From positions 4,545,229 to 4,609,228 of the forward strand of contig MU053379.1 of the NCBI GenBank assembly GCA_013239625.1: a stretch of 64,000 nt of DNA. The letters run 5' to 3'. The DNA comes from Lama guanicoe (taxonomy: Eukaryota). This document shows positions 36,872 through 50,600 of this stretch, in pieces (the first letter of the stretch is position 1; each line of letters begins with the position of its first letter). A model generated the notes under the pieces. The model did no database searches, had not been told where the DNA came from, and saw nothing but the letters and a program-made list of their open reading frames with translations. Position numbers and translations under genes: made by a program.

Positions 36872-38341
36872 CTGAAGCGAAGGCATTTAAGGGAAACAAT
36901 GAAAAGTCCGTTCAGTCAGAGGGTTTGCTGAGCCTGCCTTCCTGGCTGTCACTAGAACCCTAGGAGGCCCCGTGCGGGGCGGAGGACGTGGCGCGCACGT
37001 CCACCCCTCCGGTGTGCCACGTGCGGCCCTGGACCGGCGGGGGTTGGTGCGGCGACCCCCTGCCCCGACGGTGAGGGCGATGGGGGGGCGGGGCTCCTCA
37101 GCTGCTCAGCAGAGCCAACACTCCACACGGAGTTAAGCCGCGCTGACCGTCAGGCTGCTAACCGCCGACAGGAGGAAAACCTCCATGGAACCGGAGCGCC
37201 AACGAGCGACACTGACCTCCCAGACCAGCGGGCCAGCAGCTCCCGCCACAGGCACGGTGTTCATGACACCGGCATGTGGCCGGAGGCTCCGAAATTACTG
37301 CCTTTGCTTTAAAGAGGCCTCAGTGCACGATGAGAAAGGCAAGGAGATTAACCAAAATAAGAGCCACTTCCCCCTAAGCTGCGTAAGAAGTGTGGATGGT
37401 CACCCCTTGAGAACTCAGAAAAGGAGACACACCAGCTGCCCACGGACCCTCTGCAGCCCGGCCGGGATTCTGCGGCACGTTTCCTGCCCACGTGCTCAGG
37501 GCCGTTCCTACAAGCACGCGTCCTGTGACCGCGGTCTCAGCTCCCGTGCGCTGCTTCTGCTGTCGGGTGAGCACTTCCCAGCTCACTGAAGACCCCCGAA
37601 GCCCTCCGGGGGGCTGTGGTCCTGCCTCGCACTCTGGTGTGGGCAGGGGGTGACCCTCTCCGTCCGCTCTGACTGTGTGCAGACAGTGCCCAGCTGTTCA
37701 CTTCTGCACGTAAACCGTGATGAGCCTGACACAACAGCCCCTGAAATATCTTATTTCTGTGTGATATATTCGTAAGAGTCAGGACTTCTGAGTTAAAAGG
37801 TCGCCCAAAACAAAGGGAGATTCCACAGCCACCAGCACACGTGCAGAGGGAAGAAGTCAGGCTTCTCACCCCTAAGTGAACACGCCTCTAACTAAAAAGG
37901 AAAGGACGTGTGCAACACTTCCCTAAATACCCAAGATCATTCTTTCCTCCAAACCAATACTTTGAGAAAAACACTTTTAAAAAGCAAGACGACTTCTGCG
38001 TGCGTAAGCTGTCTGTAACTATTAGATTTTATGACCTCCTGAAACTGGATCTCCACACACAGCAGGAGTTCAGGAGAACCGCCCGTGTCCTTTAGTGAGC
38101 GACGCACACGTTCATCAGATTAAGGCAACAGGAAGACTGGTCAAATTAAAGCTAATTTCCAGGTCTGCACACGCAGCAGAGAGGGAGTTTAAGAAAACCC
38201 AACTGCCCACAGAACAGTCGGGATACATTTGACCCACCTTCTCCCTGTAAGAGCTTCCAGTGACACAGAAAGATCCCATCACCACGTCCCCACCGCCCCC
38301 TGGCAGCTCGGTGGGCAGCAGGCCGGGCGGGCGGGGCTCAC

Positions 38342-38458
38342 CTTGGGGGTCTGCCTTCTTGTAGGCGTTCCCGGCGTCCACGAAGCTGGTGGCAGAATCG
38401 TGTTTGCTCTGCAGCTGCATGTGGAGCTTGGCTGCCTGACAGAATGCATTCCCTGCAG
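38342..38458 (-). CDS. NAPB: NAPB exon 3 ([39 protein letters not shown])
   Basis: CTCCAG| ... |GTGAGC. Confidence 0.97.
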
Positions 38459-41400
38459 CTGGAGAAGATAGTTTCTGAGTTAAAGAAGGTGCACGTGTCC
38501 CCACAGGGTGGCCCGAGTTCCAGGTCCACCCAGCCTCCCCGGCTGCACACAGGGGCTGGAGAAACGGCCAGGACCAGGGAAAAAGGCTTCCATCCATCCT
38601 AAGCGCCCAGTGGCGGGTGTCCAGCTCTGACCCCACACAGACCCCACACCATCGGGGAGTCCTGCCGGGACACCTGGGGCCAGGGGACACCGTGGGCCAG
38701 GACACGCCCACCACCCTGTCTGCATCCACTGGTTTAGCCATCATCCTGAAGAAATGACTCTGGAGGCCCCTGGACAAGCAGTTTCTCAGACAGTGAAAAC
38801 CAGGCCCACAATTCCAAAGTCGAAGTTTTTTCTTAAGTTAACGACCGAATCTGACCGAGACCCCTGAGGTTTCGACCGTGTCCCACCTGGTATGAAAGTG
38901 GTGCCCGGCCCAGGCCAGGGCCACCCAGGTCTCTGCGGGGACACAGCCGGTGGGAGAGGGAGGTTCTGGATCAGGAACCGTGGATTCCAGAGGGGCTGCA
39001 AGTGGAGACCAGAGGTGGCCGGCTGCCGGCAGGAGCGAGCGGGCTGGGCCACGGGAACCAGGCCCGGGGAGGTGGAGCGCATGGCCTCGGCCGCAGCCAC
39101 TGGGTCCCGAGGGCTGCAGCACCGGGCGCGCCAGGACCAGCGCAGCGCGGGGGCCTGAGCAGGAAGGTCGGGACTCACAGAAGTGGACCCAAGAGCCGCC
39201 CCGTTAGGAAGAACGTGACCGAGAGAACCCAAACCTCTCAGAACTTAGAACATGTTGTCATGAACGCTTCAAAAACATTCAGAAAAGCACAGAGAACAGC
39301 GACAGACGCCTCCGAGCCCTGCTGGTTCAGGGCATCCACGCTGAACGCCTTTCTAGGAAACAAAAATCTGTACCCACAACGAGAAAGAGCAGGAAAAGAG
39401 GTCCAAGCGTGTGTGCGTATGACTGAGACACGATGCTGCGCACCAGAGACCGACACGCTGTGACCGACTGTACTTCAGTTAGAAAGGAAAAAACAAAGAC
39501 ACCCGAATCCTCCGCCACCCGAGCGCAGCCCCGTCTGGAGCCCTCCGCAGACGTGAGCCTCCTGGGGCTCCGGGCCTCTCCGGGGGGAGGAGAGGCGGGA
39601 CAAGCCCGAACCCTGCTCCGCGCAGCTCTGAAAGCCCTGACCGACCATGCGGCCCGGGGACGGCTGGTCTGAGTGGACGCTGGCCCACGGCCAGTGCTGC
39701 GCTGGAGAAGCCACAACCCTTACGTCGGTGGACGTGAACCTGTGAACCAGAGGAGGGCTGCGCGGCAGCCAGAGTGCGAGCCGGCACGCAGCCCCCGGGG
39801 CGCGGCTCTGACAGGCTCGGCCTCAGACGTGGGTGGTGATCGCTTGGACCTTCCACGTGAAGCGCTTCCAACAGCCTGGCTCCAGCCACATGGTGGCCAC
39901 TTCCACCATCACGTGTAAATCCATCCTGAGACCGTACCTGTGCTCTGTGCGTTTAAATACCAGCATTTCATTGACAACCAAGTCCTCCCTTCCCACCAGC
40001 AATGTCACTTCTGGCAGCTCACCTGTGCTGGCCGTCGCAGAACCACCACAGCCGCCACTTCGGCCATGCGGTCCGACCATGGCTGGCGGAGAGAGCACGG
40101 CGCCCAGGCCCTCCTGGGCCAGCTCCATGTCCCCAGACAGCCTTAAGGGCGTTGGTCTCACAAGCTCACACTCTCACCTTCCAAAACGAGCTGCTGGCTT
40201 GCTTCCTCAGTCTGAGCACTCATTCCAGCCCAATCTCTCCACACCTGGAGGTGTCTTTAGAGGAGCGTGTGCTCAACCAGAGTCACCTCCTTCCTAGACC
40301 CAACTTCTTCAACTGTAAAGCATCTGACACCTGCCAAGATGATCTCTCAAAAGCTGAGTGTCAAACGAATCAGCTAAAGAGGTGCAGTGGTGTCATGATC
40401 AGCATCCCTGCAACATGGACGTCATTTCAGAGAACTGGCAGTTACTTATTCACGACACAGATGTCCTGAGCATCCGCTGTGCAGCAGGTGCTGGTCCAGC
40501 AGAGAGCACACACCCTGGCCCCCCAAGGCCTCCGTTCCGAGTGAGGGACGGCACACAGCAGAGCACAGACAATACAGATGAGTAAAGGGACTTCAGGAGC
40601 ATGGAGACAGCGCCCCAGACACGAGGCGCCCAGGAGGGAAACACAAGCCCCCTTAGGTGGTGATGCCCCTCGAAAGGGATATCCAAAGCTTAGAGCAGCT
40701 GGTCTCCAGATTAAAGATATCAAGGTCCTTTTAGATAAGATTGCTCTTTACCTATGATGACAGGACCTGAACCACACAGGAGCTGTGAATGAATGCTGAG
40801 CGAATACTCCTCCCCTCCGTTGAAAAAGCACATTGTAATTCAGGTGTCAGTGCATTCTGGAAACAGAACACACCCTTTCAACCCAAAACTAAACCCACAG
40901 AGGAATTTTACAGCCAGAAAGGCCCTCTGAGAGCCATCCAGTTCACCAGCATCGTCTCCACTGAAACGGTTTCAGCGTCAGCCTCAAAAGCAAGTGGGGA
41001 GGTCGAGACACAGCACCCCCCAGGTTACACAGTGTGACGGGCCGGCCATCTCCACCACGCTGGGAAAAGCACTCGAGGAGGGCAGGCCCCCCCCCCAGGT
41101 CACCTGCAGGTACGAGGGCCGGGGACCCACATGCTGCAGGGCAGCAGCCGTCCGGCCTTCACCACAGAGACGCGCACCACAGAACTCGTTTCCGGGCGCA
41201 GGGGATGGATCTGCTCCTCAGATCAGTGTTGGAAAGAGCCACCCCCTCTCAGAACAACGAAAAGAACCCTGCTGATTTCATTTCGCGTCATTCCCCTGAG
41301 CAGGAAGCCTGATGCTGGGAAGGGCCAAGTCCGGTGGGGTTTACAGCCATCACACCCCATGGCTGCGTCTCTCGTGGACCACAGCACACAGGTTATCACA

Positions 41401-41774
41401 GACTGAGGAGCGGTCGGAAGTTCTCCGCAGGGTCCAGGTAAAGGAAAGCAGGCATTTCTGTCCAGCCCACTGGTTTTCAGCAAGTTTTAGTGCAGCTTTC
41501 TTCCCTGTGGGCTTACTGGAGTACATCAGCAAGAAGCCAAGGCTCCCCTTCTTAACGCCACGTAAGTTCAGGTCTTTCTACTAAGTGGTTCCCAGACACT
41601 GAAGCAGACCCGGTCTCCAGGCTTTAGTCAGGGCGCCTGGGCCCTGCCCTGGTCCATGGAGCTGACACCTGCTCCCGGCCGGCCGTCTCTACGGGGAGGC
41701 AGACAGGGACTTCCTCCCTCAGAGAGATTTTAAAGTTATTCAGCTGAAAAGCAAACAAAGTTCTGTCTACGTAC

Positions 41775-41854
41775 CACTCCAGTTCTTGGCCATCTTGAAC
41801 ATATTTGCAGCTCTGGTATACATTTCACAGGCCTCTTCAATTCTTGTGTTTCCT
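41775..41854 (-). CDS. NAPB: NAPB exon 2 ([26 protein letters not shown])
   Basis: TTTCAG| ... |GTACGT. Confidence 0.97.
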
Positions 41855-41964
41855 CTGAAAAATATTTAAAAATGAGGTTCAGTTTTACTGGAATGACCAT
41901 CCACATCCCCCCCCAACAAGGAACACTTAACGAGCACTTGCTGCTTGCCAGAGCAGCATGACAG

Positions 41965-42130
41965 AATCTTAGCAGCTGCTCAGAGGGGGTGCTCTAATCA
42001 CCCCGTATTCCAGATGAGGAAACCGAGGCCCACGACAGCGACCAGGGAAAGCTCACACAGCAAGGACGCCGCGAATGGACACTCAGACGCAGATCTGGCC
42101 GGCCCCAGAGCCTGCGCCCTCAGCCAGAGT
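41965..42130 (-). mobile_element. MIR SINE
   Basis: ATCACCCCGTATTCCAGATGAGGAAACCGAGGC core. Confidence 0.7.
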
Positions 42131-42879
42131 CCGTTCCACACATCAAAAGTGAGGTTTTATTCATTCTGGGAAATGAGACGTCCATTTTCCAAAGGAGATT
42201 AAATTTTGAAAGACATTGTGATTCTATCAACATCCACGAGTGCAGCACTGTGTTCACTCAGACTTAAAAGTAAATATAAAACCCAAAGCCAGAGCAGGAA
42301 GGCGCCAGGCTGTCGCAGGGGCGCAGGGGCCCAGGGGCCAGCCCGCCGGGCAGGAGTCTGCTCAGGACTTCCTCCCAGGCAGCCAATCCCGCTGACAGAC
42401 AGCCTTAGCTGCTTAGAAATTTCTTCTCACATAAAGACAGACAACCCTCTGCAACGTCACCCTCGTTCTCAGCACACAGAGGCCGGGCACAGTGTCCCTT
42501 CACCTGTCTGTCCACACCGTGAGCATGCCAGAACCAGTGGACCCAGACCAGGCAGGCTCTGTGCAGCCCACGTCAGGAAGGGCTCGGAGGGGAGGACGGA
42601 CGTAAGGACAGAGACAGGAGCAGCCAAGCTGACCCCGGAAGCAGGCAGCAGGGTGAGTGTGCGGGCAGGCGGAGGGCGGGGGAGGGCACAGCCAGCTCTT
42701 TCACTCCTGTGACCCCCACTGTGCACCAGCAAATGGCGGGTCATACACCTACACCTCCAGGTCGTTACAAAGATCAAAGGAAGTAGTCCGGGTGTAGCTG
42801 CCACTGCAGGGCCAGACCCAGGGGAAGTGCCGATCCTGGTGACCATTATAGTTAGACCCACCCACTGAAGGTGTACGAA

Positions 42880-43780
42880 CTTTTGGGAGTATGTCTGTCT
42901 GATAAGGGACTTGTATCTGGAAGATATAAAGAACTCTAACAACTCAATAATAAAACGACCAATAAGCCAATTAAAAATGGGCAGAAGATCTGAATAGACA
43001 CTGCCCCAAAGAAGATACAACACCACCTCCCCCCAGAAGATACAGCCCATCAGCCCCTGAGGAGAGGCTCAACACCGCCAGCCAGCTGAGAGACGCACGT
43101 CAAAGCCACACACGAGACGACACTTCCTTCCCACGAGGCTGGCTGCAACCAAAAGACAGACCTAACGGAGGACATACACAAACAGGGACCTCGTGCCCCT
43201 CGTGCAGGCGGCCAGCGGTGCAGCCTCGCTGGACAGCAGTTCGGCAGCCACTCAAAAGGTCAAACACGGTCACTACGTGACCCAGAAGCTCTACCCCAAG
43301 GTACCTCCCAAGAGAAATGGAAACATCAGTCCACACAAGAACGTGCCTACAAACGTCCACAGCAGCACTGTCCATGACAGACAAAAGTGGAACCGATCCA
43401 AGAGTTCATCAACCGACGAGCGACAGGTAAAAGGTGGCACACAGACGGCGTGTGCTGTCGCACAGTAAAAAGGAGTGAATGCCAATCATGCCCCGACACA
43501 CAGGCCTTGGTAACGTCGTGTGAGCGGCAAGCAGCCCAGACGAGCGCGCCATGCACAGGAAAGGTCTCCAACAGGCAGACCCTGGAGACAGGAGACAGAA
43601 CACAGGCTGGAGGCTGCCTCGAGCTGGGAGTGCTGGAGAGTAAGGGGGTGGGTAGACTTTCTTTTCAGGGTGACGAAAATGTTCTACAATCAGCTGTCGT
43701 CACGGTCCCACAGCTTTGCGACTGCCAAGACTACTCAACTGGACACGTGAATGGGTGCCCTCCGGGGGCTACGTCGCTCG
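42880..43780 (+). mobile_element. L1MB-like 3' end
   Basis: TCTGATAAGGGACTTGTATCTGGAAGATATAAAGAACTCTAACAACTCAATAATAAAA...AATTAAAAATGGGCAGAAGATCTGAATAGACAC and TTCTTTTCAGGGTGACGAAAATGTTCTA. Confidence 0.85.
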
Positions 43781-45149
43781 GCCAGTGGCAGGACGGCAAG
43801 GAACCGCAGCAGAAATGAAGAGTCCGAACGAGCAGAGCCTTCTCTCACTTACACCTTCTTGTGCCTCTTTCTCCACCTCAGAGCTACATTTTAAAAAAAT
43901 TAGTTAATTATCCCAAAGGAAAATTCCTAATTGAGAAAGTTTTCCATCGCAGCCATAGCTCCTTGGAGCAAACTAAGGCCTGCCATTTTGTCTTATTTTT
44001 CTAAAGCGTACCAGGAGTCTTCAACTGTAATTATAGTGCACTCATTCTTATTAAAGGTTTCCAAATCAAACCAGCTTAATTAAAATGCACTTTATCCTAT
44101 TATTTTCAGAGACAGAGGCAGCTAGGAGCACCAGAACGCCTACATCACGTCCGTCTTCTGCTGCGGATCTTCACAAGCTCATGTCGGCTTCATTTTTACA
44201 ACAACTGTGAAAGCTGCTCTCTCCATGTTGCAGATGAGAAAACTGTACCTGGAGGTCAGGCTCGCCAAGGTCATCCCGTCAAGGTCTGTGGTGGAGCTGA
44301 TACCTGGCGTCAAGTTCAGTGATCTTTATAAAAGCAATGAATGAATCCTGCTAGACTCAAGACCCTCACCTCTCCAAAACAGAGTCACCAGAAGTATTCT
44401 CGTTTTTAAAAGCACCAGAAAACTCATTTGTCATAAACAGACACAACCTGAACAATTCATGAAAAATGTGCTTTTAAATCACTCCAAAGGCCTACTGGGT
44501 TCTGCACATGTGAAAGTCAATTTGTATTGTCCTTAAAATGTATTTAAGGACAAATATTCCAAATTCACCCTCAAATGCTTCCATTGTTATCCAGAGCCCT
44601 GTGAGGTTAAAAAACCCTTCAAAAGAGGAACAGGTTTCTGCCAGGGAACCTACCTTACAAAGTGACAATTTAGTAAATGGCACTGAACTGCCAGAAAAAC
44701 TAGGAAAAAAAGAGTTCTCACCAGGAGGAGGTCAGAATGCTCAGAGTAACATTCAACTTCAGGGCTGCAAAAGTCTCTGTCCAACACCCCCAGCCCCTGC
44801 TCCACGGAGGTCAGCGTGGAGCCGCAGCCCCACAAGGCCCTGCCTCTCTTCATACCCCATCCTGCCTGCCCCACTCAGATGCTCAGGGGGGAAAAGGTCA
44901 CAGTCAGTCAGTTATCTCAAAGAGCTCAGGTGGCATCAACACGCAGACAAGCCTGTTAATGCAGACTCCCCCGAAGTCTTGCATTTTCCTTGTCTTGGAT
45001 GAGAGCAACCTATCCAGAGCCCCGGGAATCACCCCGACCAGAACACATGCGTGGGCGGGAGGCACCCCAACACGGCCCCCGGGGACTGGGGGCACACAGC
45101 ACGAGGTGGGCCCCGAGGAAAGCGGGCACCTGCTGAGGCAGGACAGAGC

Positions 45150-45885
45150 TGCTCTGAAACCACAAGATGCAGAGCGGACGCATCACAGCTGCGACAGCGC
45201 CAACGCCCTGCCAATGCCAAAGCAGGGCTGGAGACAGAATTCAGCTCCCTCCCGCAACACCCCGAAGGGATGTCGCACTGTGTGGGAAGGCTGAAAACAG
45301 GGGTCTCCGGAGTGGTGCCAGGCCCGGGGGAACCACCGAGTCCGCTGGGAGAGCCGCCCCCCCAGCGCGCACAGACCGCCTCGGGCACCGGGCCCATCAC
45401 ACAGGCCTCGGCAACGATGTTGATGACGCAGGGTCCGCAGGGAAGAAGCGGCCCTGGCCCCAGACTGGTGCGGCCTCCCCGTGTCCCCGTGGGGCGGGTG
45501 CCCCTCCTGGCACCTCCACGCCTTCTCCATCCGGGAAGCACTCAGGAGCCCACTGTTTAGGGTTTTTACAGAGGCTCGTTACAGAGGCAAGACTGATCCA
45601 ATCCTCGACCGCGAGGGACTGGCTCAGTCCCCAGCCCCCTCTCCTCCCAGGAGGTCAGCGTGGGGCTGAAAGTTCCAGCCTTCTCATCACCGGCTGGTTC
45701 CACCGACAACCAGCCCCCTCTAGGGACCCCCAGGAGTCACCTCGTAGCACAAGCCAGGTGGGGGTGAAGGGGCTCACTGTGAACAAGAGAGGACCCCTTG
45801 CCCTCAGCACTCGGGGTCACAGAGGGCCTGCACGCATCTGTGCCAGGACCCAGATGAGAACAGACGCGGGGCTCAACTACATCCC
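45150..45885 (-). mobile_element. MER21-like LTR (reverse)
   Basis: CCCCAGCCCCCTCTCCTCCCAGGAGGTCAGCGTGGGGCTGAAAGTTCCAGCCTTCT and GGAGTCACCTCGTAGCACAA. Ends approximate. Confidence 0.65.
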
Positions 45886-46898
45886 GGCAGCGCAGCCGCG
45901 TGCGACTGTCTGCTCTGTGGTCATCCTTCCAGGAGCACTGCGTTTTCATCCGACCCTTCACATCTGTAATATCCACTGGTTCTAAAAGCCTGGAGACTTC
46001 CTAGTTTTCCTTGCAAGATGATTTCATTTCTGGGTTTAACCTATTTGTCTACAGTCCCACTCCCTCCACGTGAGGAGGAAGCAGAGACCCCGAAGGAGGG
46101 GAGACACAGAAGCCCCAGGGAGATTCTCTTCTTGGGCTCATCCGAATTCTGACACCAAATGCCTGTCACTGCTAGACTGAGGCCCTGCACTGTTTCACAA
46201 ACCAGCAGCAGGTGTAGGGGCCAGACCACCCAGTCAGTCATCCCAGCTGTGCCCCCGAGCAGCAGGCAGACCCTGCGCCCCAAGCGCGGCCTCAGTGCTC
46301 AGCCTCGGACCCCGGGGTTCCATCTTTTGAGAACTTGTCACTATGCCTGTTTATTGAGGAAAAAATAATCATAGATTCTCAGACACTGGAGACATTTAAG
46401 GAGTCTGGAAAAGCACCTGTGTTTAAGCATAATTCCCTGACATAAAGTGTGAGAAGCCAAGCAAGAAGGCCAGATGGCCTCACCCGGCGCCAGCCCAGCG
46501 CCTCAGCCTGGCGCGGGGCACCCGCCGCACACAGCGCAGAGGTCGGTAAGGGATCAAAGTCTAGAAGGAAAGGAGACCAATCGTCTCAGAAATGAGCCCT
46601 TAGCTCTACTACACGGAAGGGGAGAACAGACCCCCTGAAGCTGAGAAACATGAAAACTGCCAAGAGGATGAAAATGAAACAAAGGAGGGAGGGGGTCAGA
46701 GACAAGGGGACAGAGCACAGGCGGAGAGCCCACAGCCTGCAACTGGAGAATGGGCCGCGGAAGAGCACTGACACGGTATTTAAACTTCTGCTTTCACACA
46801 GACCTAAGATCTGGATCTAAACACTGACAGGCCTACCAGGTACTGGGAACGCAGACCCAGCTCTACTGTGAAGCACAGCCTGGTGAGACCATCAGATC

Positions 46899-47515
46899 TT
46901 TTTTTTTTAATTTTATTTCAATTAATTAATTAATTAAAATTGAAGTGCGGCTGATTGACAAGTGCTGTGTTAGTTTCAGGTGTATAGGAAAGTGAAACAG
47001 TTACCCACACACATATTCTTTTCCAGAGTCTTTTCCATTACAGGTTATTACAAGATATTGAATGTAGTTCCCTCTGCTGTACTGTAGGTCCTTGCTGTTC
47101 ATCTGTTTTATACATGGTAGTGTGTGTCTGTTAACCCCAAACTCCCAATTTATTCCCCCCCTTTCCCCCTGGTAACCACAGTTTGGTTTCTGTCTGTGAG
47201 TCTGTTTTGTAAATAAATTCATTTGTATCATTTTTTTAAGATTCCATATATAAGTGAAATCATATGCCATTCTCTGTCTGACTTACTTCATTTAATATAA
47301 TAATCTCTACGTCTATCCACGTTGCTGCAAATGGCCTTATCGCATTCTTATTATGGCTGAGTAGTATTCCATTGTACAAATATATCCCAGCTTCCCTATT
47401 CAGCCATCTGCCGATGGACACTTATGCTGCTTCCATGTCCTAGCTACTGTAAATAGTGCTGTGAATACTGGGGGTGCATGTGTCTTTTTGAATGAGAGTT
47501 TCCTCCAAATATATA
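46899..47515 (-). mobile_element. Cetartiodactyl-type L1 3' UTR with poly(A) tail (reverse)
   Basis: Poly-T, then GGTTATTACAAGATATTGAATGTAGTTCCCT...ATGGCTGAGTAGTATTCCATTGT. Confidence 0.9.
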
Positions 47516-47725
47516 TTTTTCATATCCATAAACTTTATTTTTTTAATGTTTTATGTTAAAAACCAACCATACAGGAATATTTATTAACATACTTAACACA
47601 TACTTTAAAAAGTAAGTCTGTTTCCCAGGTTGAAGGAAAACACATTAGACATTAAAGATCCAAGACCAAAAACAGGAGGAACAGAGGTAGACAAATAACA
47701 TGGAAACGTTTGTTCTGACAAAGTA

Positions 47726-48267
47726 CAGATGGCCCTGACTCATGATGGTCTGACTTACAAGTTTTCAACCTTACAACGGTGCAAAAGTGACACACATTCA
47801 GTAGAAAGCATACTCTGAGTCTGATTCTTTCCCAGGCTAGCGACTCGCAGTGCGACCCCCTCGTGATGCTGGGCAAGGTGCGCGCTGAGCTCACTGGCAG
47901 CCTGCAGTCCGGGTGTCAACATCTGCTTACAGCTGCTATCACAGGCAGCTCACCAGCGCCCCGCCCCCAGACACCGGCGCCCCGCCCCGACACCAGCGCT
48001 CCGCCCCCAGACACCCACTCTGCTGTTCACTTTCAGTACCATAGTCAATGAATTACATGAGATACTCAATGCTTTATTATTAAATATGCTTTGTGTTAGG
48101 TGGTTTTGCCCAACTGTAGGCTAACACAAGTTTAAGCAGGCCGGGCTAAGGCACGATGTACTGGTATCAGCAGGTTAGGTGCACTAAATGCGTTTTCAAC
48201 TGATGGCATTTTCAACTTACAGTGGGTTTACTGGGACGTAATCCCATGGTAAGTTGGGGAAGATCTG
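47726..48267. mobile_element. TcMar-Tigger DNA transposon (MER47/Tigger5-like)
   Basis: TA|CAGATG...GATCTG|TA termini with a TA target duplication. Internal TTTTCAACTTACAGTGGGTTTACTGGGACGTAATCCCATGGTAAGT. Confidence 0.75.
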
Positions 48268-48514
48268 TACAAAAACTGAACCTTTCCCCCAACACACACC
48301 CTGGATAAAGGGGTACGTAGGACATGCTCACTGACTGGCACATGGTGATGGGTGTTCTCAGAGCAGGCAAAATACTCAATGCCTAAGAAAGGAAACGGAG
48401 CTAACGTATTAAGAGAGATTCACAGTATAAAGGTAACCAGTAGAACAAAAGTACTAAGTTTCCTAAATAAAAAGCAAAGAAATCACATGAAGAAAAACTG
48501 CAAATAGAACAGAA

Positions 48515-48717
48515 CACTGACTCCTGAACAGCATGGGGGCTGGGCGCTGACCCTCGGCGCAGTGGAAAATCCACGTCTGACACGCGGCTCCGGAAACACA
48601 TAGTTCCCTGCGTCCTCGATTCTGCAGATCACGCAGCCCCGCAGGACTTACTGCGGAAAAATCTGCATGTGAGTGGACCTGCTCAGTTTAAACCCACGCT
48701 GCTCAAGGGTCTGCTGG
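48515..48717. mobile_element. MER8-like Tigger MITE
   Basis: CTGACTCCTGAACAGCATGGGGGC...GTGGACCTGCTCAGTTTAAACCCACGCTGCTCAAGGGTCTGCTG with inverted ends. Confidence 0.7.
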
Positions 48718-49229
48718 ACACAACAAAAATAACAGAGCAGGATGACACAATTAAAAATCATCAGCACACCCATCAGAGCAATAATGTAAACACGCTGAAG
48801 ATTTTACATTTGCTCACAAGACAAAACCCAACTCTGCCCAATAGGAGAGCCTTAAGATAAAGAGATGGTCAGAAGTTTACCAAGCACACTAACCAGCGCT
48901 TGTCAGGTCTGCTGCAGCAACAAACCCCCTAGTCTCTCCCCCTCGCCCCACCTCCTGCAGGCAGGTCGCGACTCCGCTGGCCCCTCCTCCGGGGGCATCT
49001 CTACCGAAGAGCGCAGCCCTACCTGGGGTGTTCCCTTCTCATGACAGAGAAACCACAGCAGAAGCATGGGACAACCCGGCAGCTTCCGCTCAGTTTCCCT
49101 CCCTCCCTCCACAACTCAGTAGGGAGGGGAGGTGCCCTCTCCTCAGCCAGGCAGCGCAGGTCACATGGCAACAGGCATCAGGAATAATCCTCTTACATCA
49201 CACAGCCCTGAAACAGGCAAACGCGAATA

Positions 49230-50600
49230 ACAAGAAAGGGGGGACTGCTACCCCGGCATCAGATAAGGTAGAATTTGGGCTCAAACGTATCATATGAAAT
49301 AAAGAAATGCACTTCATCATGCTAAAGATACAATTCATAATGAAATCATACTAGTTTTAAAAATCTAAGTACCACAGTACAGCAGCCACCTTTATAGCAG
49401 GAATTACACCCAATCCAAGAAGATAGAAATACACTTATAAAAGGAGACACTGATATAAATATACCCCCTTTAGGCCAAAACAGGTCAAGTGGACAAAAAA
49501 TTAACACATGAAAGACCTCGATGACAGTCAGCAGCTGACCTCGGGGATCTCATGCAGCCACCTGCTCTGTGGGAAAACACACCCCTCCTCAGGTGCACTG
49601 GACCACGCACGACCACCAACCACACACTAAAGGCAGAGAAAACCTGAGTAAGCCCTCCAATCACAATGAAGTAAAGCTGGAAATTACTAGTATACAAAAA
49701 AGGCCCTTCCACCTGAAACAAAACCCTCAAACAACTCTTGGGTCAAAGGGGAAGCAAATTAAAATAAAAACACTATGTATCAGGATCTATGAGATGTAAT
49801 TAAAGCAGTTACCCAGTTTTAAAGGAAAGTTCATCCATGAATACTTGGATCCAGATAAATAAAACAATAGAAATAATGAACTAAATACTGCCCCCAATTC
49901 CCAAAAAAAACCGAAGGGCAAAATCGAGAGAGAGCAATAAAGGCAGAAGCAGAAGTTGGCGAGGCAGAAGCAGCACAAGTCAGACACCAGCTGTTTGGGG
50001 AAAACAATCAACAGAATCAAGAATAAAAGAGAAGAAGCACAAACACGAAAGACGTAACAAGACAGAAATTACGCAGTAACATTTTTAAAAGTCATTAAAT
50101 AAAAGATCACTTTGCACAACTCTGCAAATAAATTGTAAATCTTGAATGAAATGAGTAACTTCCTAGGAAAATGCAACTTACCAAAACTGACTTCAGAAGA
50201 GAGTTTAAGCATTACAAATTCCACAGGGAAAAGAGAGAACGTTATCAAAGAAATACCCACCAGAAAGCCCGAGATCCTTTCACTATAAGAGGGTTCTATT
50301 TAAGTCTCCAAAGACCAGAGCGTGGGAGTAGAAAACCTAGATTCTTTCTGAGGCACCTGTGACATCAGCACTTCAACCTGAGAAAGACTACACAAAGGAA
50401 CAGTAAGTAAAAGAATTCGAAATAAAGTATTCAAAACCAGAATCCAATAGCCCATAAAAAATGATAACCCAGAGGGGTTATTCAAAACGCCAAGGACAAC
50501 TCGTTGTCAGGACGGTCACTAATTAGTACATAATTCAGGAGAAAAGTCACGTTCCTCTTACTGGCACTGAAGAGACCTCCAAAACAGAACGCTTCCTTCA
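49230..50600 (+). mobile_element. Old L1M ORF2 fragments
   Basis: ATCAGATAAGGTAGAATTT and AATCTTGAATGAAATGAGTAACTTCCTAGGAAAATGCAACTTACCAAAACTGAC. Confidence 0.7.
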
